A stretch of 64,000 bases of DNA from Azolla caroliniana (lineage: Eukaryota > Plantae > Polypodiophyta), in the NCBI GenBank assembly GCA_043228905.1, contig JBHGNT010000009.1, positions 992,001 to 1,056,000 of the forward strand, in the 5' to 3' direction. The position numbers and the translations under genes were made by a program. Under the pieces are notes generated by a model. It saw nothing but the letters and a program-made list of their open reading frames with translations. It searched no databases and was not told where the DNA came from. Positions 1 to 11,690 of this stretch are shown piece after piece. Every line of letters begins with the position of its first letter. Positions within the stretch are counted from its first letter, which is position 1.

Positions 1-61
1 GGAAAAGGAAAAGGAGGAGGAGGAAGAAAGTGAAGTAAGTTTGCAAGAGGAGATTAGGTAT

Positions 62-445
62 GGGTCTGTGTCCTTGTCCGATGCCAACGCTAGTGATCTG
101 TGTCTGTCTGAGCCTGTATCCAATGCGCCATGCCGATGCTAGTGCAAATTTGCGAGAGGAGTTTGGGCCAATGTCGGTATCCGATGCCGACGCTAGTGCT
201 CTCTGCCTGGCCGATGCCGATGCTAGGGCTAGCGCTCAATGTCCGAGCCTGTTGTCCGATCTTGAGGCCATTGCTCAGTGTCTGAGTCTGTGTATTTGAT
301 GTTGATGCCAATGCCAATGCTCGATGTTTGAGTCGGTGTGTTCGATGCAATGCCAGTGCTCGGTGTTTGAGTTTGCATTTGACGTCGAGGCCAATGCTCG
401 ATGTATGAGTCTATGTATGTGTCCAACATCGATACTAGTGCTCAT
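62..445. repeat. Degenerate minisatellite, about 9 units of roughly 40 bp built on hexamers (GATGCC/GATGCT, GTCTGA)
   Basis: Recurrent (T)CCGATGCCGAYGCTAGTGCTC...TGTCTGAG units; the hexamer periodicity explains the dipeptide-repeat ORFs at 60..299 and 90..350. Confidence 0.7.
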
Positions 446-626
446 TCAGTACTATGCTTGAATCTTGACAACCCCCCCCCCCCCTTCATCCCATATCTCC
501 CCCACCACACATCGCAATGAAGGTGTTTGTTTCCCACTATTTGCATTGCTAGCATTGTAACGTTGTATCAGTCTCTGAAATTTGTGAAGGGCTTCTTATA
601 TCAAGCTCGGTGTCATGGAATCCATT

Positions 627-690
627 GCTAGAGTCTTCAACCCCGTGACCTCATGTGCAAAGCACAAGCATTTTACCCACTACGCATTTA
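627..690 (-). mobile_element. Putative tRNA-derived SINE head (degenerate)
   Basis: Minus strand reads GCGTAGTGGGTAAAATGC...GAGGTCACGGGGTTGAAGACTC, resembling Pol III A-box and B-box at tRNA-like spacing; no complete cloverleaf. Confidence 0.35.
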
Positions 691-3635
691 GTGAATTGTG
701 GATGTGAATTTTCTAACAATTTAATCCCGTAAATAAGCGATGTATTTATATGAGGTGATAAAATTGTTCATTGTGCGTTAGCATCTAATTTTTCTTATTA
801 TCTGGTTTTGCTAATCCATTGGTTTGTGGGTTTGGTGTTGACTCTTGATGGGATTGTTTTGTAGTGGTTTAATTTGAATGAATTCATCACTTGCAATGTG
901 GGTTTAAATCTTATTTGAGGAATCATTTGTGAATAATTTGTCCTTCATCGTCCATCTAGCATTATTAATTACTTCGAGAGTTCATTGGTTTGGGAGTATG
1001 GTGCATGAGAGATCATGGGATCCATGGTGGAGCAATTAGCTGATAGGCTTTTCACAAATCCAATGAATGTTTCTATCTACATTAAAGTATTCATTTATAA
1101 ACCCTAGCTTATCACAACCAAAACATGGCATATAGACATCAATAAAGCTACAAAGGATAATTGAAATGAAGAGGGGTAAATATTAGAGTTTGCGCTCAAA
1201 TGATATGATATAGAAGAGGAGACTCTTCTAAAATGTTTATGGGTCTAATAGGCAATGTCCATAGCCTCTCGGGACAATAATGCATCATCTCTTTCTCTTT
1301 CTTGTGTTTTTTTCTTGCATATAAGTAATTATGTCAATAAATAGATAGATAGACATATAGATAGATGGGTGGGTGGATGGGTGGATAAACATGTAGATAG
1401 ATAGAACAACATAAAAATGTAAATAACCTTATTGTCCTTAGTATCCTTACTATACTAACAAGGATCTTATGGCAAAGTAAACCTTGTAAAGAGATGCAAG
1501 AACATCTCAAAAAGGTAATGTACATACAATCAACATATTTAACACTAGTTAGGATCTTCTTGAGAGTAAAATAATGTAAGGACCTTGGTTCAAGGTGAAT
1601 GAGCACTTAACCAAGATTGAGCATCACTTTGCATTGAAAGATGAGAATGTGGATATCCTAAGGTGTGATGTAAGTGAGATTAACTACGTATGCGTGATAA
1701 AATTGAGGTTCAATGTATTTAATATTGGTAATGACACAACCAAATAGTTGTTAAGTACCCACCATACATTTGACTTGCCATGCATTTATGATGATGTTGA
1801 CATTAACATTTATATCAAATAGATAAATCTAGATGGCAAATAACTTGTGGCTACTATTGTGTGAAAGGCTTGAAGGCCAAAAGAACGCAAAAGCCTATTA
1901 AAAGGTCATTCTTGGTGCTCCTTTAACCTTAATCTTCATATTCTCACCTGAGCTACACGGTCGACCTTCTTAACCAATTCATGCAAGCACTGTGCAATTT
2001 GGACTTGGGCCACACTTAGTCAATGATGCAATGTGTGAGAGACATTATGGACTAAATCTCGTCTATGAAATAAGATTTCCAATTTAGATTGGAGGCTACA
2101 AGGATGTTGATTGGCTATGTAATTTAACGAATCAATGGTTGACACGAGGCCTCACCTTCTCATCGGGAAGAGTTCCCCCTTACTTGAGATGAGATTAGAA
2201 AAAGAGCATGGCAAGTCAAGTAGTTGATTCTATTGACACACTTGAGGCCTCTCTTACCTGTCTTGTTAGTAATAAGGTGTTTTCCCACCTAGATTTTGTA
2301 TAAACAAACTAATGAGGTATTTGGTCATTGTATGTAAAGTATGTAGAACCAAAACCTTTAAATACACAAAATTTGAAGGACCGAGCCCTTTCTCATTGTT
2401 AGTTGGGGATATTAAGGAAAAATACCTACATTTCTTGAATATGTTTTAGAGGAATTGTTTAATACGCACCATGACATGTTTGAGGTCAATGTTTATGGGG
2501 GACATAGAGTTAGAAAATAAGGTGCCTCTCATTTGGGTGAAAATACCAATTGCATGTACAATGGTCGGTAAAATAAAGACAGTTGTTATCTTTACAAATT
2601 TGGATCTACCTGAAAGTTACACACGACTTTGTGTGTAAATATCATATCCCTACACTACACAACACAACACTCGTTGCAAAACATATGAGGAGAGAAAAAG
2701 ATAAATCTTAAGATCTATTAGAAGACGAAAAGGTAGTAGAGGAGGGACAATACTCGAGCAAACGGGCATTCGTGACATGTGGGACTAATTATGTAATGAT
2801 ATATTATGGTTATGCATTTGGAATTGCAATTGATAAACATAGAATGGGGCCATTGGTATCAATTAGCCGACTAATTAATCAAATCTTATATTTAAGAACA
2901 TGATACTCGAAGGCTTCAAGCTTTTGATGATGACTGTTTATGTATTACGATGATAATGTTAAGCATTTTAATTATGGTCAACTTAACAATATGGCACCGA
3001 GTAATAGAAATGATGGTGTATGTTGTGTGATGATGGCCCCATTGAGGAGGGTGATAATGGTGTTTATGGTGGAGTTGCAAAAAACTACGATAATGAGAGG
3101 ATATTGGGATAATGGTGATAGAATGAATTGATGTGAAATGTTGGAGGAAAATGAGGGTTATGAGATGGGGATGACGAGATTGAGAGAATAAGAAGGCATG
3201 ATTGGATTAAGGAGGTTGGGGATATAGAGAAATATGGGTCATAAAAGAAGGGGTGTATAGAAAATGGCTAAATGTTTGAATTAAAGGGATTATAGAGTGG
3301 TGAGGGTGAAGGGTATAGAAAAAATAATCGGAAATGAAATTGCATTAAAAAAGGGAAAAAGTAAAAAGTAAAAAGTAGACAACATAAATAAATAAAAGTG
3401 AAAAAAGTAATAATTAATAAGTAAAACAAAGAACAAAAAAAGAAGAAGTAAAAGGTAGGACTACCGGATTGAATTCAAGTTCGAATCCACAATCTCCCTT
3501 GATGTTCTAATAAGGAATGTAGCTAGATCTCCCTTGCCTCCCCACTATCTAGTAAGGAGTTTAATTATGCCTTGTGTGAGGAGGGGCAAGATTGCAACTT
3601 GGACCTTAGTGGTAGTGGTCGATGTTTTGGGCATG

Positions 3636-4205
3636 AATGCAATTTAGGATCCCACTCATGGTGTACTAGTGGGCTCGATTGTAATGGACATATGCATGTT
3701 TTCAAAATCCACCATTGATAAATTTCTTAATTGGGTGGCCCTTTACGATAATATATGTTTTGGAGTGGTGTCAAAGTGCTTTGATACACCACCTTTTTAC
3801 GTAATGAGGGTATATGATCTCTCTGATTTCATTTTTCTAGCACTTCTAGGGAGCTAGAACTACCTATGACCCGCAAACCATCCTTGACTTTTTGTGATGA
3901 TATTTGGAACTTACACATAGAATGCAATTTAGGATCCCACTCATGGTATACTAGTGGGCTCGATTGTAATGGACATATGCATGTTTTCAAAATCCACCAT
4001 TGATAAATTTCTTAATTGGGTGGCCCTTTACGATAATATATGTTTCAGAGTGGTGTCAAAGTGCTTTGATACACCACCTTTTTACGTAATGAGGGTATAT
4101 GATCTCTCTGATTTCATTTTTCTAGCACTTTTAGGGAGCTAGAACTACCTATGACCCGCAAACCATCCTTGACTTTTTGTGATGATATTTGGAACTTACA
4201 CATAG
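3636..4205. repeat. Recent head-to-tail tandem duplication, 2 x 285 bp
   Basis: 3636-3920 and 3921-4205 are near identical (4 transitions seen by eye); produces the twin ORFs 3669..3857 and 3954..4142. Confidence 0.95.
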
Positions 4206-4466
4206 TATGTCTCACATGTCCATAGTCATTTATTGTTCTCTTTTATGAGTGCTTTCTCTTTTGTTTTCGGAGAGGAATGGCATCTTGCTTGGATGATCTT
4301 GGTTTTAACCCTTATCTTAAGGGTATGGCAAATTCGACTATGGATTAGTAGCCAAATTTGGTGATCTCCCTTGTACAAGATTTTTAGTAGAAGTAGGATA
4401 AGAGATATAGTGGAGAGGTAGACCAACTATAAAACTTTTACAAGAGTTATTCCTCATTATAACTCC

Positions 4467-5014
4467 TAGCAATGGGCACGGTTTCAATTCAAACTGAACC
4501 GAATCATTAAGCCATGGTTTAACGGTTTATTGGTTTCAAAAAAATTTAGTGGTTTGGTTTGGTTTGGATTTTTAATAAACAATTCAGTTTCGGTTTGGTT
4601 TGGTTCTAAAACTCGGGTTTGTCGGTTTATAGGTTTTTGGTTAACTTTTCTAGTTAATGGTTTTTTATTGATTTAATTCATTTAACGTAAATGTTTATTT
4701 AATTTAATGGTTTAATTAAAGTTTAGTTTATAGATTTAATCAATTTAACTTAAATGCTTATTTAATTTAATGTATTTTTATTTATTTAGATTTTTAATAA
4801 TTTGACTTAAATGGGTAGGCTTAAATTTGTATTAAATGGTTCATTTTGGTTTCAACTTTTCCCTAAACGATTTGAGTTTAAATGGTTTGGTTTACCTTTT
4901 CTTAAATAGCTTGAGAGTTCATATATGGTTTGGTTTGGTTTTTGTTTTATATAAATGGTTAAATTTAGCTCGGGTCGGTTTCAAGGCAAAGAAACCGAAC
5001 CATGCCCATTGCTA
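4467..5014. mobile_element. Non-autonomous hAT element (MITE-like), copy 1
   Basis: TIRs TAGCAATGGGCACGGTT ... AACCATGCCCATTGCTA (16/17 match); perfect 8-bp TSD ATAACTCC at 4459-4466 and 5015-5022; subterminal GGTTT/AAACC repeats; AT-rich non-coding interior. Confidence 0.92.
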
Positions 5015-5076
5015 ATAACTCCCTAGAGCTAAAGATAAAACCTCTCTCTCTCTCTCACTCTCTCTCAATCACATTA

Positions 5077-5220
5077 CCTAGGATTGAAGTTGCACTATGG
5101 CATCAAAATCAACCAAAATATAAAGACATATAAGGTATGCAAGGAAGGGCTAGTAGAGGATGAATATCACTTGCTTTTTATATGCTCTACATATAGTGCA
5201 GTTCGTGAAAGTTAGATATG
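5077..5220 (+). mobile_element. LINE ORF2 C-terminal CCHC zinc-finger remnant
   Basis: Translates to ...KVCKEGLVEDEYHLLFICSTYSAVRE, matching the C..C....EDE.H.L..C..Y...R motif at the end of non-LTR retrotransposon ORF2 (first Cys degenerate). Confidence 0.65.
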
Positions 5221-6605
5221 CCTTGGGTGTCACACTGAAGAAAACTTCTAGAAGGTTGAGCTCATACGTGTACGCCTAATTCACAGATCAAGACTTGGTG
5301 CTTCAAAGTATTATAGACATTCAATTAATTGCGCACTTTGATGTTGGGGGGAAAAGCACGCACTTAACTGAGTTGCGCATTTAGGGCTTTTGTGTGATTT
5401 TTTCCCTTTTGCAAAATGATTGTCTTTGTAAGCTGAAGAAAGTGCACCCCCCACAACCACTCTAGCAATCACTCCATACCCTTGTAGCCACTCTAATCAC
5501 TGCTAGATTATATGAGAAGGTTTTTACATATTATAGAGCATGTTTTCTCAAACACATAATTGTAACAAGAGTTTCCAAACTTCTCAATTATAAATTGAAC
5601 AAACTTATGTTTCATTTCAAACAATAGTCAATTGACCATACATGGTTTTGGTATAAAATAGAGAAAGTCGTAGAAATCTGATTTTTATTGATGATATCAA
5701 TGTTTTTGAATGTTTAGAACATAGTTTCAATTTGGTTTGATGTAATTTTGTCATGAAACAATGTCATTTTTTTATATGGATTTCGGCCTTAACAAAAAGT
5801 GAATCGACTATTGCCATGTTGTAGGTTGATGGCCATTGGACACCCTCATTTTCTTTGGTTCCTCGCTCTTCTCATTCTCCTTCTCGACTACTCCTAAATG
5901 AGTAGCTGAGAAACACTCGTTTCTTCTTCTTCGCATAGAGATTTCCATGAAGAGTTTCCTTTCCAGACTCTTTTGCTGCAAGAGGGTTTATCCAAAGGCT
6001 TTTGTCGTTATGGCAAAAGGGTTTGACCTTCGAGCTGTGGAATTACCCAAAGTCTATTCATATCCCTCCACAATGTTTTTTGCTTGGCTACAACGACGAG
6101 CTTAGCTTCGCCTACTAGTAGGACTCTAAGTTCTCAAAATCCAGATGTGAAACTTCTAGTCCCATCACTCAAGAATATTCCTTTTTACTTTAAATTTCAC
6201 TCTAGTATTTGGAATTTCAAGCTGAAATTTTTTGCCATATTCCTTACAGAATTGGCTCAAGTATGGACTACTAATCAGTAGAGGTGTGAGCTTGAATTTT
6301 GCCTCTTGCAAGTTAGGGACAATTTTATGTGTAGTTTTTTCCCAATGTTTGTATTTATGAGCTAAAAAATTTGTAATAACCCTTGTTGAATCTTGAATCT
6401 CAAGGGTGTAATTTATGATGCTTTCACAAAATATGTTAGAATTCTCATGCATGAGAGTGAAAATATTTCATGTAATTTATAATGAATTAAAATGGGATTG
6501 AAATCAATATATGATTAGGGTTTTTACAATAATCAACCCCATTACAAAGGGTGGGAAGGATAAAGATATGGAAAGAAAATTATGGAATAAAATATTTGAG
6601 CCTAG

Positions 6606-7072
6606 TGAGACAAGTCTTCAATCAACAACATGCCACTTGGATCATTGTAGGCCTATCATGCACATGATTCAATAACCCATCAAACATCGAAGCTTGGGTA
6701 TCCAATTTCGCAAAATGACCTTCCTAGGTAATGAACTCTCTTCCTCCTATAACTTCCAAGAGCTCTCTGGAAAAGAAAATGGACATTTCCCTTCCTACCA
6801 TGCATGCCACTTGTCCTTGGATGATATATGACTTTGACTCTGGTAAGACAAGTCGTCAATCGACAACATGCCACCTTGGTCATTGTAGGCCTCTCATGCA
6901 CATGATTTGATAATCCATCAAATGTTGAAGCTTGGGCGTCCAATTTCATAGAATGACATTCCCAAACCAAGAACTCTCTTCCTCCTATAACTTTCAAAAG
7001 CTCTCTCTAAGATAAAATGGACATTTCCATTTCCAAGGTGCATGCCACTTGTCCTTCAATGGTACATGACTT
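6606..7072. repeat. Older tandem duplication, 2 x about 238 bp (roughly 80% identity by eye)
   Basis: AGACAAGTC.TCAATC.ACAACATGCCAC...GAACTCTCTTCCTCCTATAACTT...TGCATGCCACTTGTCCTT recurs at about 6608 and 6846. Confidence 0.85.
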
Positions 7073-9713
7073 CCAATTTTACTACATGTTTCATTTTTGT
7101 CTTTGACATATCATAAAGCACCTTCCTTCATATGATCCTTTAATGGGCATTGTTGAACCCTTGACCCGATCATTCTAATGCTCAATTCTTAACTTCAAAC
7201 TATGTTCTAATTGTTCTGCCCATTTTTCTCTCAAAGTTTCACATCATATGAATTTCGACCTCATGTGAAACTTGACATATCAACGTTACCCTTTTTTGTG
7301 CTAACCACATCAAACATCACTTTACAAATATGCTTAGAATGGCATCACATTCAAAAAGTTTTAATTATCAGCTTATAAAAAACTAATTGCATGAATATTT
7401 GGTGGTTAGACTTGTGTAGCTAATAGAATAATTTTATCAAAAACTCCCTTGAGTTAGAAAATAGAGCTTCTTATTATTGCCTTCCATTTAAATATCTTCC
7501 CATCTTTATGTCTATTAGACTTAGTCATTTCACATGAATGATGTACAATTTAATGTGCATTAAAATATTGACTAGCTTAACACCTTGAAAACATGAAGGC
7601 AAGAGACTCAAAGAATATGAGAAGCATAAATATATTAGAATGATCAAAGTTGAACTGTCATATTCTCGAATATAAATTATGAATAAACTAAAAGAGGATG
7701 ATGCGCTGGACTTGTAATCGTTAAGAAATAAGTTAGAGCAATGCTCGAAAATATTGTGGATTAAGCACATGATATAGAACCATGCCCCAAACATTGATTT
7801 CAAGTCTTTACTACTACATGGTTTCAAGGGTCTTTATTTGTTAAACATTGTGCTCCAAATATCGTAAACTAGCTATGATTGACCAAAATTTAAGTAGGCT
7901 CATAACTTGTATCTTCTTCTATTGTCTGTGTCCATGGGGATCCTTTGAAAATGAAGGGAATTGCTCAATATCTAGACTCCTACCAATGTTTATGTTTATA
8001 TATTACCGATTAGTGTCTTGGCATGTACATTTTGTTATGTGTGTTGGAGAAGGTGATTTCTTCATGGTTAAAGCATGGATGCGTGTCTCCATTTCAACTC
8101 ACCAATTCTTGTGTGACTCATTTCACTTCAATAATCAAATATTGAGATCAACAACATGGAAGAAGACTAAATATATTAAACACAAATGATTATTATTTCA
8201 ATTCAAACAAAATTGACTCAAGAATTTCACATGGGCACCCCCTAATTATACAATATAAAAATGTGCATTTGATAGTAGAGCGACGTCCACCGCAATACCA
8301 TGCAACCAACTATTCCTCAAAAAGAGGTATTATTTCAAACTTTCTAGAATTTTGTTTGGCAATTGAAGTATTAGAGGCTTTGTAAGAAATGCTTGAATTT
8401 GGTCATTATTTAAGAGCTCATGTGAACACACAATCAACATCATTGAGACAATTCGAGTTACACTCATGCAACTTGAACTTGAACAAGGACCTTTTCCACA
8501 TGGGTACCATGAGACCAAATGTGAACATTTGTATGAGCATCCATCATTTTGAAGCGTCACATTTATACCATTGGTTCATAAATTGCGACTGATAAGCTCA
8601 AAAAAATGTATTGGACACCTAATATTACAACCCTCTTTGTTTTGCAAATGGAAATGGAAGGTTTCTTGTTTACTAATATTATTTAAATTTTGGTCTTAGT
8701 CAAATCGTTTACGTTGAATGGAAGCCATCGATTCAAAGTTGGAGGAATAAGATTGGGATGGATTCAATAAGCTTGCCGACAATTATCAATAGAATTGGCA
8801 ACATTACTTGAATTATAATGGGAAAATATACAAGGGATAAATTTGTCTTTCCTAATTTATTAGCATTAAAGCACATTGTTCACGCATTGCCTTTATGGAT
8901 TCTCACAAGAGTCTTTAGATGTGTGATAAATTAATGCTTTATGGTTCTTATTATAATGAAATTTCATTTCAATATTAAAAGATATACACGTGGTGGTGTA
9001 CCTTAGTTACTATCGTGGGGGTTCGACTTATAGGTTCGATGCCACCAAAAACATCAAAAGTTTTTTGATAATGTTTTGTTCCCACATGATTACAAAAATG
9101 GAAGTAAAAGCGAACCAAAACAACATTCATAGTCCTCTGCCATAAGCTCAATTTGTTCTACATCCAAAATTCAAGTTTAGGTAGCGGGGACTGACATCAA
9201 TGGATGCATGTACTGCAACCTATAATGGTTGTACATACTTGATCCCATCCTTGCTTTCCTAATAAAACTACAAAGTAGTTGCGTCTTCAAAGTGGAAAGA
9301 TCACATCAATCTTTACAAATGTTTGTATCGATACTTGCATGGGATTGTCTTTTACCATGAGTTGGCTGGTTGCAACCTTAAATTGATTGAAACTCAAGAT
9401 TTCTACCTATAATTCTATGTGTTGGCAAGTTGACGAGTCACGACTAGCACGTGGGGAGAAACAATGATGAATTTAAGGTAGCATGCTAATTGCATTGCTC
9501 GTATATTATGATATTTACTAAGAACTCCAAATAACGCAATGACACTTACCACATCGGGTGGGGGAAACTAGATTGCGATTGGCATAGCACAACAATTTGG
9601 CAGGGATGCCACATGCTCGAATTCTCTAGAGGCTTATAAGTTTGGTAAGAGAGAGGGCACGATAATGGCCAGGACATATGTGTAAATACCAAACAAGTGC
9701 AACGAGAACACCA

Positions 9714-9895
9714 ATTCATGTGCTAATAATAACAGGGAGACAAATGCAATGGGCAGGCAAGCAAAGTGAAACGGGATTCCTGAACAATGCAACAACAACA
9801 ACAACAACCAACCAACCAACCAACCAACTAATTCCTATGTTAATAATATCAGGGAGGCAAATGCATGGGCAGGCAAGGCGGGCGAAATGGGATTC
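9714..9895. repeat. Two diverged direct repeats of about 66 bp separated by (AAC)n(AACC)n
   Basis: 9714-9779 and 9830-9895 share TAATAAT..CAGGGAG.CAAATGCA.TGGGCAGGCAAG...GAAA.GGGATTC. Confidence 0.85.
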
Positions 9896-10139
9896 AAACC
9901 TGTGACACATAAGATATATATATAACAAATTGGATCAGGGCAACAATAGAGACCTGTAGCACGTGGACATGAGCGGATGGCACTCTCGATGGTGGTTCTA
10001 CTGTTGTGGTGGCCTCCTCCGTACGAGGCCACTACAATGAAAGAGACAAGAGTATAGAGGCGGAGCGTGGTGGACCGGAGGAGGAGGAGGAGGAGGAGGA
10101 GGAGGGGCAAGAGGAGTCAAATTCAAAGCATTTTGGACT

Positions 10140-10153
10140 AGTCTTTCTTTTCT

Positions 10154-10185
<32 letters not shown>

Positions 10186-10230
10186 TTGGGAAGGGAGACT
10201 TGGTCTCTCACTCACTCACTCTCACTCTCA

Positions 10231-10262
<32 letters not shown>

Positions 10263-10568
10263 CACACACACACAATGCAGGAAGTGCCCACAAGAGGGGG
10301 GTCACACACACCCACAAGAGAGAGAGAGATAGAGATAGAGAGAGAGAGAGGAGAGTAGAATAGAACAGAACAGAACAGAACAGAACAGAACAGAACAGAG
10401 GAAGGGCAGGGGCAGAACAGAGGAGGCAGAATAGAGAGATGTGTGAGAGAGAGAGATGTGAGAGAGAGAGTAAGGAGCGTGGAGGCCGTGTCTGTGTTTG
10501 TTTTCTGTTCTCGTGTTGGCTCTTCTTTTGGCCGCCCACGAGACTTTTGCACGATTTCTTTCTTTACT

Positions 10569-10602
<34 letters not shown>

Positions 10603-10664
10603 TCTCTCTTTGATCTCCGCTATTTCTTTTTTTCTTTACTCATTTACTCTTTTCACTCCCTCCT

Positions 10665-10695
<31 letters not shown>

Positions 10696-10850
10696 GACCG
10701 TTCTTCGCTTCTTGGAGGGGGAGGGGTTTTTATCAGGTTCATCTCTTCTTATTCTCTCTCTGTCTCTGCATTCTCTCTGCTTTCACTCATCTTCCCCTGC
10801 ATCTTCAACAGTAATCGCCCACATCCCTCATTCAATCAACCCCATCTGGT
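10140..10850 (+). promoter_or_regulatory. ACLB promoter/5' UTR region with CT/GA microsatellites (Y-patch/GAGA-like)
   Basis: Dense (CT)n, (GA)n, (AGAAC)n and (CTTT)n tracts; a pyrimidine-rich leader ends at a candidate donor TCTG|GTACT near 10848; acceptor TTTGTAG at about 11669 lies just before the ACLB ATG. Confidence 0.55.
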
Positions 10851-11690
10851 ACTGCTCTGCCTCTGTCATCTGTTTGTTACATGATAATAACTCTCTGCTT
10901 GGTTTTTAGATCACGATGTGGCCTATGCTTTTTTTTAGATGATAGCTCTGTTTTTATTTTATTTTTAAAGATCATAATGAGCCTATGCTATTTTATTTAG
11001 GTCATGGCTTTTGTGGTTCGTTTTAGATCACAGGTTTACGAGCTGTTTTAGATCATAGGTTTTTCAATTGGTTTAGATCATGCGTTTATGATTTGTTTTA
11101 GATTCAGATGTTCTTTCTTATATAGCTCCTCTTTTTTTTTCGATCCAAATGTAAATCTGGTTTTGTTGCTAAATTTTGATCCACTGGGTAGTTTTGCTTG
11201 TTTCTTAGCTCAAAATCTCTTCTTTGTATGTTATATTCAGTAGCAAATTTTTATTTTAGTTCCTAGCTCAACTCTCTTTTTTTCATCTAAGACAAGCTCT
11301 TGATCTTCCCTTTGGCTCTCTATTCAGTAGTTAAATTGGAGTGATTCCAAGCTTTTGAATCTCTACATTGTTGAAAATTCAGCACCAAGTTCAATTGTAA
11401 TGAGCACAATTGGAATGTTGTGATCATCCTCACTTTCTGACCTTTCGTTTTCTGTTAGATCTCTAGTGAACAATCCAGCATTGGATTGAATCTAACACAA
11501 GGTACACACTCCAGTGTTAGATCTCTAAATTATAAAGATTTCAGTATCAAAATTGAATTTAACGTAGGCGCTCTTACACTCAAGTGTTTGTTTTCTTTTT
11601 CTGTTTGATGGGTTGGAGATGGATCTTCACTCACACTCAGATCTCAAAGCTTATCTTTGTTTTTTGTAGTCAGTTGAGAGTATATACACA

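Noticed and set aside
8990-9050. tRNA-like segment GGTGGTG...GGTTCGATGCCACCA
   Set aside because: Only about 55 nt; no room for the 3' T-stem and no convincing D or anticodon arms.
7500-9500. Possible decayed hAT transposase, with a related motif near 22880
   Set aside because: Only a short shared stretch (CACATTGT..ACGCATTGCCTTTAT) and vague peptide similarity; not supportable without BLASTX.
9640-9665. AGAGAGAGGGCACG resembling miR156/miR535
   Set aside because: Partial low-complexity match with no fold-back arm.
9730-9870. Similarity of the direct repeats (CAGGGAGGCAAATGCATGG) to miR408 or its target site
   Set aside because: Alignment needs a 3-nt gap plus an insertion, and the units are direct rather than inverted, so there is no precursor hairpin.
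10006-10909. Several 100-156 aa ORFs (LSLSLS, ERERE)
   Set aside because: They are translations of CT/GA microsatellites in a promoter/UTR region.
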